The notes under the pieces: generated by a model | Databases searched by the model: none | What the model saw: only the letters and a program-made list of their open reading frames with translations | Told to the model about the DNA's origin: nothing | DNA from: Pseudomonadota bacterium | GTDB taxonomy: Bacteria > Pseudomonadota > Alphaproteobacteria > MPNO01 > UBA830 | Direction: 5' to 3' | Assembly: GCA_036336685.1 (NCBI GenBank) | Contig: JAYZFO010000041.1 | Span: 1 to 58,838, forward strand | DNA: 58,838 nt | Translations under genes and position numbers: made by a program | Shown here: one piece after another, positions 51,971-58,838 of the stretch | Numbering within the stretch: position 1 is the stretch's first letter | How the letters are laid out: each line of letters starts with the position of its first letter

Positions 51971-52771
51971 ATGGAAAAATTGCATCCAACCTCTATCGTT
52001 GATCCTTCTGCAGAACTTGGAGAGAATGTTTCCGTCGGTCCTTTTTGCACCATTGGGCCTGAAGTTCGTTTGGGAGATGGCTGTGTTCTGATTTCCCATG
52101 TTGTGGTCGACGGAAGGACAGAAATAGGACCTAACTGTCATATGTTTCCTTTTTCAACAATAGGGCTCCAACCACAAGATATGAAATATGAAGGGGAGGC
52201 TTCTACCCTTGAAATAGGTGCTAACAATATATTTCGGGAACAAGTGACGGTAAATCCTGGAACTAGGGGAGGGGGGATGGTGACCGCGATAGGTAATAAT
52301 TGCCTCTTTATGGTTGGTGCGCATATTGCTCATGACTGCCAAGTTGGAAATCATGTTGTGATGGCAAATAATGCTACCCTAGCGGGGCACGTAACGATCG
52401 AAGATTTTGCGATTATTGGTGGGTTGGCAGCAATTCATCAACACTGTCGTGTGGGGCGACATGCAATGGTAGGTGGAATGTCTGGTGTGGAAAATGATGT
52501 TATTCCTTACGGGTCGGTTATGGGTGACCGAGCACGACTTAGCGGTTTAAATATAATTGGGCTGAAAAGGCGCGGATTCTCTCGAGCAGATATTTCGGCG
52601 CTTAGGAAGGCATATAGGCTTATGTTCGCTGAAGAGGGAACGATGGCTGAGCGCCTCGCAGATGTCTTGGAAAGTTTTACAGATCATGAAGCGGTTTCTG
52701 AGGTTGTTAATTTTATCCGCTCCGATTCAAGCCGCGCAATATGTCAACCAAAAGTAGAGCAAGGTGGCTAA
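51971..52771 (+). CDS. lpxA: Acyl-ACP--UDP-N-acetylglucosamine O-acyltransferase
   Basis: It has hexapeptide repeats, an N-terminal IHPTSIVDP-type sequence and a C-terminal helical domain. The start is ATG at 51971 or TTG at 51953. Confidence 0.93.
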   Translation: MEKLHPTSIVDPSAELGENVSVGPFCTIGPEVRLGDGCVLISHVVVDGRTEIGPNCHMFPFSTIGLQPQDMKYEGEASTLEIGANNIFREQVTVNPGTRGGGMVTAIGNNCLFMVGAHIAHDCQVGNHVVMANNATLAGHVTIEDFAIIGGLAAIHQHCRVGRHAMVGGMSGVENDVIPYGSVMGDRARLSGLNIIGLKRRGFSRADISALRKAYRLMFAEEGTMAERLADVLESFTDHEAVSEVVNFIRSDSSRAICQPKVEQGG

Positions 52772-53588
52772 ACTTGGGATTATTGCTGGTGCGGGGGCGC
52801 TTCCCGGACAGATAATCTCTGCTTGTCGCAAAGCTGGACGCGATTATCACGTATTGGCGTTTGAGGGTAGTGCTGATCCAAGATTTCTAGCGGGCACGTC
52901 TTTTACGTGGATCCGTATGTCAAATTTGGGTGCCGCTCTGGATGATGCTCGTAGTGCAGGGGTAGACGAATTAGTATTTGTGGGTGGCATTCCACGGCCT
53001 AGCATTATTGAACTGATGCGGGACCGCCGCTCAGCTAAATTTCTTGCTAAAGTGGGGACTAGGATACTTGGGGACGACAATATTCTTTCAGCGGTGGTGC
53101 GAGAATTAGAGGAAAAGGAGGGTTTTGATATTGTAGCACCTGAAACTATTCTAGGTGAAATATTAGCCTCGGCCGGTGTTTATGGAAAAGTCGCACCGGA
53201 TGAAAATGATATGCTCGATATTGAACGGGGTCGACGCATTATTCGTGAACTTGGACGTTTTGATATTGGTCAAGCCGTTGTTATTCAGAATGGATCGGTT
53301 TTGGGGGTCGAAGCAGCCGAGGGCACAGATAGTTTGATTAAAAGATGTGGGGAATTAAAGCAGCACGGGATCAATAGCGGGGTGCTTGTGAAAGCGGCTA
53401 AACCAAATCAGAGCATGAGCGTCGATTTGCCCGCGGTCGGAATTCTTACGGTTAACGCTGCGTCCAAAGCGGGGCTGCGCGGAATCGCTGTGGAGGAGGG
53501 GCGCGCACTATTGGTCGAACGAGACGCCATGATCGAAGCTGCTGATCTCTCTGAGATGTTTATATATGGTCTTCCACTTGAAGCGTGA
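52764..53588 (+). CDS. lpxI: UDP-2,3-diacylglucosamine pyrophosphatase LpxI (DUF1009 family)
   Basis: It is a 274-aa protein between lpxA and lpxB, the position LpxI occupies in alphaproteobacteria. It has FDIGQAVV and a GTD motif. The start is GTG. Confidence 0.85.
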   Translation: MAKLGIIAGAGALPGQIISACRKAGRDYHVLAFEGSADPRFLAGTSFTWIRMSNLGAALDDARSAGVDELVFVGGIPRPSIIELMRDRRSAKFLAKVGTRILGDDNILSAVVRELEEKEGFDIVAPETILGEILASAGVYGKVAPDENDMLDIERGRRIIRELGRFDIGQAVVIQNGSVLGVEAAEGTDSLIKRCGELKQHGINSGVLVKAAKPNQSMSVDLPAVGILTVNAASKAGLRGIAVEEGRALLVERDAMIEAADLSEMFIYGLPLEA

Positions 53589-53600
53589 GTTAGGGACATC

Positions 53601-54788
53601 ATGGTTAAAAAAGCAAACCCTCCTTTTGTATGGTTTATTGCTGGAGAACCGTCGGGTGATTTGCTTGGCGCAAAATTAATATCTGCTTTGAAACAGGAAA
53701 CTGGGGGTAGTCTAAGGATAAACGGGATTGGTGGTGAGTGTATGGAAGCCGAAGGCTTCGTTAGTCTATTTCCAATTTCTGATATATCGGTAATGGGATT
53801 AGTTGAGATTTTGCCACGAATTCCACTCATTAAGAGGCGGTTACGCCAGACAATACGTTCGATCCAAGCAGACAAACCGGATGTTGTTGTAACTATCGAT
53901 GCGCCTGGGTTTTGTTACGACGTTTGGAAAGGGCTTAGAGGAACTGGGATCAAGCTTGTACACTATGTAGCACCGTCCGTTTGGGCGTGGAGGCCTGGAA
54001 GGGCGAAAAAATTTGCGGCAGAACTAGATCATCTCATGACCCTTCTACCATTTGAACCACCCTTTTTTCGGAAATATGGTCTGTCATCGACTTTCGTTGG
54101 GCACCCCGTCATAGAGGGAGAGGCTAATAAGGGTGATGGCACGGTGTTTAGGGAGCGAAATAAAATCCAACCGGAGGCGCTGATTGTTTGTGTGCTTAGT
54201 GGTAGCAGGACAAGCGAAGTGAAACGGTTAGGTAAGGTGTTTCGTTCGGTTTCTAGAATCTTGTTAGAAGATTATCCTCAAACCATTTTTGTGTTTCCAA
54301 CTGTCTCATATCTCAGGGCACATGTAGACGTTTTGGCGGCGAGTTGGCCCGGTCGGGCAATTGTTACAGATACATTAAAGGAAAAGTTTGATGCTATGGC
54401 TGCGTCTAATGTTGCTTTGGCGGCTTCGGGTACAGTTTCTCTTGAACTGGCGATAGCGGAGGTGCCTCATATAATAGCATATAGATTGAATGGCTTGACT
54501 GTGGCAATATTTCGAATTTTGCACGGCTTAAATCAGCGTTATGCTAACCTTCTAAACATTTTATTGGAGAGAGAAGTAATACCAGAGTTTATACAGGCGC
54601 GTTGCCGGCCTGATCAAATCGCAAATTCGCTTCTAGAACTTGTTAGGGAACCCGCGCTTCGAGACAGGCAGTTGGCTGGTGCTTCCCAGGCTTTACAGAT
54701 GTTGCAGTCCGATGGCGGCTGCCCTAGCAGTACAGCAGCATCTGTGATCATGTCATTGTTGGATGATAAAAAGGATCGTGAGACGTAG
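53601..54788 (+). CDS. lpxB: Lipid-A-disaccharide synthase
   Basis: It has the IAGEPSGDLLGA N-terminal motif and is 395 aa. Confidence 0.93.
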   Translation: MVKKANPPFVWFIAGEPSGDLLGAKLISALKQETGGSLRINGIGGECMEAEGFVSLFPISDISVMGLVEILPRIPLIKRRLRQTIRSIQADKPDVVVTIDAPGFCYDVWKGLRGTGIKLVHYVAPSVWAWRPGRAKKFAAELDHLMTLLPFEPPFFRKYGLSSTFVGHPVIEGEANKGDGTVFRERNKIQPEALIVCVLSGSRTSEVKRLGKVFRSVSRILLEDYPQTIFVFPTVSYLRAHVDVLAASWPGRAIVTDTLKEKFDAMAASNVALAASGTVSLELAIAEVPHIIAYRLNGLTVAIFRILHGLNQRYANLLNILLEREVIPEFIQARCRPDQIANSLLELVREPALRDRQLAGASQALQMLQSDGGCPSSTAASVIMSLLDDKKDRET

Positions 54789-54813
54789 GAACGTGAGCAA
54801 AATGAGGAAGGAA

Positions 54814-55209
54814 ATGTCTAATTATCGATTATTGCACACTATGATCAGGGTAAAAGATCTAGATAACTCAATCGAATTTTATTCAAAACATCTTGGGATG
54901 GTTGTGTTACGGAAGAAAGATTTTCCTGCGGGGAAATTTACAAATGTGTTTATGGGATACGGCGAAGAAAGTAGTAATACTGTCCTTGAGCTAACTTACA
55001 ATTGGGACCAAATAGAATCTTATACTCATGGTTCGGGATTTGGGCATCTCGCGGTTGCCGTTCCAGATATATATCGTGCATGTGAGAAAATGAAAGAAGA
55101 TGGTGTCAGCATCCCTCGGCCTCCTGGGCCAATGAAGCATAGCACGACGGTGATAGCGTTTATTGAGGACCCGGATGGCTATAAGATAGAGTTAATAGAG
55201 CGAGATTGA
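54814..55209 (+). CDS. gloA: Lactoylglutathione lyase (glyoxalase I)
   Basis: It has LLHTMIRVKDL, GFGHLA and DPDGYKIELIE. AGGAAGGA precedes the ATG at 54814. The ORF-track start at 54763 overlaps lpxB. Confidence 0.88.
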   Translation: MSNYRLLHTMIRVKDLDNSIEFYSKHLGMVVLRKKDFPAGKFTNVFMGYGEESSNTVLELTYNWDQIESYTHGSGFGHLAVAVPDIYRACEKMKEDGVSIPRPPGPMKHSTTVIAFIEDPDGYKIELIERD

Positions 55210-55239
55210 TAAAAAGGTAAGAGCCGTTACTATCTACGT

Positions 55240-56559
55240 TTATCGTTTTTCTAGCGGGGTAAACCCCCTTTCTGTTTTGCCTATGTAGAGCTGTCTTGGA
55301 CGACCAATTTTCTGACTAGGGTCCTCTATCATCTCGTTCCATTGCGCAACCCAACCAACAGTCCGCGCCACTGCAAAGAGTACAGTGAACATAGTTTCTG
55401 GGATACCAATCGCCCGAAAAATAATCCCAGAGTAAAAATCAACATTTGGATAAAGCTTGCGTTCAACGAAGTAATCGTCTTCTAGCGCTATTTTTTCCAA
55501 CTCCATCGCTAATTCTAAGAGAGGTTCATTTTTTATTCCAAGCTCTTGCAGTACTTCGTGGCATGTGTCTCTCATCAGCGTGGCTCGAGGGTCAAAATTT
55601 TTATAAACGCGGTGTCCAAAGCCCATTAGTCTAAAGGGATCGTTCTTATCTTTGGCCCTCTTTACATATTCGGGGATATTCTTCCTATCGCCTATTTCAT
55701 TAAGCATCTTCAAAACAGCTTCGTTAGCTCCACCGTGGGCAGGGCCCCATAAACTAGCGATCCCAGCGGCAATACAAGCAAACGGGTTTGCTCCAGAAGA
55801 TCCCGCGAGCCGGACGGTGGATGTTGACGCATTCTGTTCGTGATCCGCGTGAAGTGTGAGAATGCGGTCCATTGCATGGGCAACAGTGGGGTTGACTTTG
55901 TATTCCTCGCAAGGGGTTGCAAACATCATGTGCAGAAAATCTGCTGCGTAAGATAAATCGTTTCGAGGGTACATAAATGGTTGCCCCAACGCATATTTAA
56001 AGGCCCACGCAGCAATCGTAGGCATCTTTGCTATTAGACGATAGGTGGCAATCATCCTTTGATGTGGATCTGATATATCCGTCGAATCGTGATAAAAGGC
56101 GGCTAGACCTCCTACTACCCCGCACATAATTGCCATTGGATGCGCATCACGTCGGAACCCATCATAAAATTTGTGTAGTTGTTCATGCACCATCGTGTGG
56201 TGGCTAATGTCATGTACAAATTTTTCTTTTTCGGATGGCTTGGGGAGCTCACCTTTAAGAAGTAAGTAGCTTACTTCAGAAAAATCGCAATTTGTTGCGA
56301 GGTCTTCGATTCTATATCCTCGATAGAGGAGTATTCCTTTATCACCGTCAATATATGTAATTTTTGAATCACAGCTTCCAGTCGCCATAAAACCGGGGTC
56401 AAATGTAAAATAGTCTAACTCGGTATAAAGCTTTCGGATGTCGATCACTTTTGGGCCTACGGTGCCTTCTAACAAAGGCATCTCTAGTTTTTTTCCCGTT
56501 GAGTGATCGATAAGTGTCACGCTGTCTTTGGGGGCGTTTTGGGCAGCGTCCTGACTCAT
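55240..56559 (-). CDS. gltA: Citrate synthase (type II)
   Basis: It is 439 aa with [10 protein letters not shown] and MGFGHRVYK. Confidence 0.96.
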   Translation of the reverse strand: MSQDAAQNAPKDSVTLIDHSTGKKLEMPLLEGTVGPKVIDIRKLYTELDYFTFDPGFMATGSCDSKITYIDGDKGILLYRGYRIEDLATNCDFSEVSYLLLKGELPKPSEKEKFVHDISHHTMVHEQLHKFYDGFRRDAHPMAIMCGVVGGLAAFYHDSTDISDPHQRMIATYRLIAKMPTIAAWAFKYALGQPFMYPRNDLSYAADFLHMMFATPCEEYKVNPTVAHAMDRILTLHADHEQNASTSTVRLAGSSGANPFACIAAGIASLWGPAHGGANEAVLKMLNEIGDRKNIPEYVKRAKDKNDPFRLMGFGHRVYKNFDPRATLMRDTCHEVLQELGIKNEPLLELAMELEKIALEDDYFVERKLYPNVDFYSGIIFRAIGIPETMFTVLFAVARTVGWVAQWNEMIEDPSQKIGRPRQLYIGKTERGFTPLEKR

Positions 56560-56666
56560 ATTATGTCCCTTTAGTATAAGTTCGGATGAATTATCGCTGG
56601 AAAATCTCCAAGCAAATCATTGCGCGGAAAATAACGGTTTTGTTACCTATAATCAAATTTCCAAGA

Positions 56667-58082
56667 TCATAAGGCATTACTGCCTTTCGATACGTCGTTT
56701 ATCCGGCCCAAAGTCTCCTTTTGACCGAGGTTTGCCGCTACTTCAAATATTCCCGGCGAAACGTTGGTTCCAGTCAAGGCGGCGCGAAGTGGTTGTGCTA
56801 TATCTTTCAGTCTTTCCTCATGCTCAATTGCGTGCTTCTTAATTGCAACTTCGATAGTTTCCTCTTTCCAAGGTGTTAAATTTCTAAGCGTTAGATTTAG
56901 TTGTGCAAGGGTCTGTTGGGCCTTTGGTGTCAACAATTTTAAGGCACTACTGTCATAGTCGATTGGTCTTTCAGCGCAGTAAAAAAGGGACATATCGGCG
57001 AGTTCTTGGATAGTATTAGCCCGCACTTTGAGGGAATGTAGACCCGCCTCAAGTCGTTTGAGAATTTTACCATTTAGAGGGTTGGTAAGTCTTTCCTCCA
57101 ATAAGGGGCGTATCAGTTGAGTTAATGTTTCGATTTTCGCTCCAGCAATATACTTTCCATTTAGATTGGAAAGCTTACTAAAATCGAAGCGTGCCGCACT
57201 TTTATTTATGTCCTCAAGTTCGAACCACTTTATTGCGTCAATAAGTGAAAAAATTTCATCGTCTCCGTGGCTCCAGCCAAGACGCGAGAGATAATTGAGG
57301 AGAGCGGACGGTAAATAACCTTTTTCTCTATACGCATCGATACCCAGCGCACCATCTCTTTTTGACATTTTAGCGCCGTCTGACCCGTGTATTAGAGGTA
57401 TGTGAGCGTATTTCGGGATGCTCCAACCGAGCGCCATAAATATTTGAGTTTGACGAAAGGCGTTTGTCAAATGATCGTCTCCTCGAATAACGTGACTAAT
57501 TTCCATATCGTGGTCATCGACTACTGCAGAAAGCATATATGTGGGGGAACCATCTGCACGTAACATTATTAAATCATCGAGTTCTTGATTTGCGATTGTA
57601 ATTTTACCCTGAACCGCATCTTCAATTGTCGTCTCGCCCGAAATCGATGCACGAAACCTTATAACTGGTTCAATGTCGGGTGGTGCTTCGGTTGGGTCTT
57701 TATCCCGCCATGTCCCGTCATAACGGACCGGTTTTTTTTGAGTCATGGCCTTTTCACGCATAGTTTTTAGTTCTTCTGGCGTACAATAGCAGGGGTAGGC
57801 ATTTCCATTATCCAAAAGGATTTTTACAACATCAGCATGCCGTTTCCGACGGGCGGATTGATATATTGGTTCTTCGTCGGGTGTTAAGTTTAGCCAGTCT
57901 AATCCATCCAAAATAGCATCAATCGCTTCTGGAGTAGAGCGTTTCTGATCTGTATCTTCTATGCGTAAGAGGTATTTTCCCCCCGTATGGCGTGCATATA
58001 ACCAGTTGAAGAGAGCAGTTCTCGCACCGCCGATATGCAGATAACCAGTTGGTGAGGGAGCAAATCGAGTAATTATGCTCAT
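56667..58082 (-). CDS. gltX: Glutamate--tRNA ligase
   Basis: It has RFAPSPTGYLHIGGAR (HIGH) and KMSKRDG (KMSKS), and is 471 aa. Confidence 0.95.
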   Translation of the reverse strand: MSIITRFAPSPTGYLHIGGARTALFNWLYARHTGGKYLLRIEDTDQKRSTPEAIDAILDGLDWLNLTPDEEPIYQSARRKRHADVVKILLDNGNAYPCYCTPEELKTMREKAMTQKKPVRYDGTWRDKDPTEAPPDIEPVIRFRASISGETTIEDAVQGKITIANQELDDLIMLRADGSPTYMLSAVVDDHDMEISHVIRGDDHLTNAFRQTQIFMALGWSIPKYAHIPLIHGSDGAKMSKRDGALGIDAYREKGYLPSALLNYLSRLGWSHGDDEIFSLIDAIKWFELEDINKSAARFDFSKLSNLNGKYIAGAKIETLTQLIRPLLEERLTNPLNGKILKRLEAGLHSLKVRANTIQELADMSLFYCAERPIDYDSSALKLLTPKAQQTLAQLNLTLRNLTPWKEETIEVAIKKHAIEHEERLKDIAQPLRAALTGTNVSPGIFEVAANLGQKETLGRINDVSKGSNAL

Positions 58083-58314
58083 TATCCTTAGATCTCTATA
58101 ATTAAAACCGTTGACTTTGGACTTGGGTCGGTAAAGTTTCTATGGACCTTATCATTCCAGTAGTAAGCAGATAACCGTAGGGTTAAACATAAATTAACGC
58201 GTACGTTAACCTTATGGAGTCCTTTAAACTAGCACGTGGCTTGGAACATTTGGTTATCGGAAGACATCTTGAAAAGTATAAATTTTCTGGTGCGCGGAGG
58301 TAGGGTATGGAAAG

Positions 58315-58838
58315 TCAGTAATTACGAACGAGACCTACCAATTTTCCCTGTACACGCACTTGATCTGGTCCGAATATTCTTGTTTCGTGTGATTTATTGG
58401 CGGGTTCCAAGGCTACGGACGCACCCCGACGCCGCAGTCTCTTGAGCGTTGCTTCATGACCGTCGACTAGTGCGACCACAATTTCGCCATTTTCGGCGGT
58501 ATCAGTCCGTTTAATCAAGACCACATCACCTGCTAAAATACCTGCCTCAATCATAGAATCTCCCTCTATTTCCAAAGCGTAATGCTCCCCCCGGCCGAGC
58601 AATTGAGTGGGTACTTCTATCGTCCGTGAATTGTCCCTCAGGGCTTCTATCGGTGTGCCCGCGGCTATTTTTCCATAAAAAGGTAGACTTATAGCAGATT
58701 TCGTTGCTTGACCGATGCCGTCCTCTAGAATCTGGGTAGTCTTATCAAAAGAACCGTCTATCAGTTGTGGCTTGAATTCAGCTCTGCCCTCCGGCGTTGA
58801 GGGTGTGTTTTGGGGTTTTTTGATTACTTCAAGAGCTC
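58315..58838 (-). CDS. lexA: LexA repressor, C-terminal two thirds. The 5' end lies outside the window
   Basis: The frame is open up to the window edge: ALEVIKKP...LPFYGKIAAGTPIEA...EIEGDSMIEAGI...NGEIVVALVDGHEATLKRL. This shows the Ala-Gly cleavage site, the catalytic Ser in GDSM and the Lys region. The ORF-track Met at 58602 is an internal TTG (Leu). Confidence 0.92.
   Translation of the reverse strand, partial: ALEVIKKPQNTPSTPEGRAEFKPQLIDGSFDKTTQILEDGIGQATKSAISLPFYGKIAAGTPIEALRDNSRTIEVPTQLLGRGEHYALEIEGDSMIEAGILAGDVVLIKRTDTAENGEIVVALVDGHEATLKRLRRRGASVALEPANKSHETRIFGPDQVRVQGKLVGLVRNY

Noticed and set aside
58083-58314. I looked for an alphaproteobacterial LexA box (GTTC-N7-GTTC / GAAC-N7-GAAC) and for a tRNA or sRNA in the lexA-gltX spacer.
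   Set aside because: No direct-repeat SOS box is present. GAACATTTGGTTAT is the closest match, and its second half-site is wrong. The lexA promoter itself lies beyond the window end. No T-loop or cloverleaf features were seen.
1-58838. I searched by eye for tRNA/rRNA genes, CRISPR repeats, IS elements or transposases, integrases, toxin-antitoxin pairs, restriction-modification or other defence genes, and clusters of unknown-function ORFs.
   Set aside because: I found none. Every ORF longer than about 80 aa that is not antisense to a known gene has a confident housekeeping or metabolic assignment. The occurrences of GGTTCGAA I noticed lie inside coding sequence (31218 and 57225 regions). This visual scan cannot exclude short sRNAs.

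Overview
This window looks like a chromosomal segment of an alphaproteobacterium. The evidence is gene order: a 14-gene nuoA-N operon with separate nuoC and nuoD, then birA-coaX-rnj-DUF1467, a short (about 437 aa) ProRS with lolCE/lolD/dnaE, and rpsB-tsf-pyrH-frr-uppS-cdsA-dxr-rseP-bamA-skp-lpxD-fabZ-lpxA-lpxI-lpxB followed by gltA, gltX and lexA. Most of it (about 9.7-27.2 kb and 33.5-58.8 kb) is tightly packed housekeeping DNA. 46 consecutive genes (6039-55209) lie on the + strand, many with 1-17 nt overlaps. Two parts look accessory. (1) 1-9653 is a catabolic or redox cluster. It holds a Rieske dioxygenase alpha (truncated by the window edge) and beta subunit, a stand-alone ChrR-like cupin, an orphan xanthine-dehydrogenase-family molybdopterin large subunit, a D-tartrate-dehydratase-like enolase-superfamily enzyme, and a divergent FAD/2Fe-2S/second Mo large-subunit operon that ends only 53 nt before nuoA. 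(2) 27.3-33.3 kb holds a BMP-family ABC importer plus a single-domain MetE-like protein, inserted between two conserved core blocks. I saw no tRNA, rRNA, CRISPR array, transposase, integrase, phage gene or recognisable defence gene, and no block of unknown-function ORFs. I therefore do not think a hidden multi-gene novel system is present. The best leads are: the enolase-family gene seems to need a non-canonical ATA start behind a perfect Shine-Dalgarno; two Mo large subunits share one FAD/FeS pair next to that enolase; a permuted short repeat flanks the cupin gene; and the MetE-like protein is of unknown function. All calls come from reading the translations and sequence by eye, with no database searches. 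Start codons are often my own choice and differ from the ORF track.
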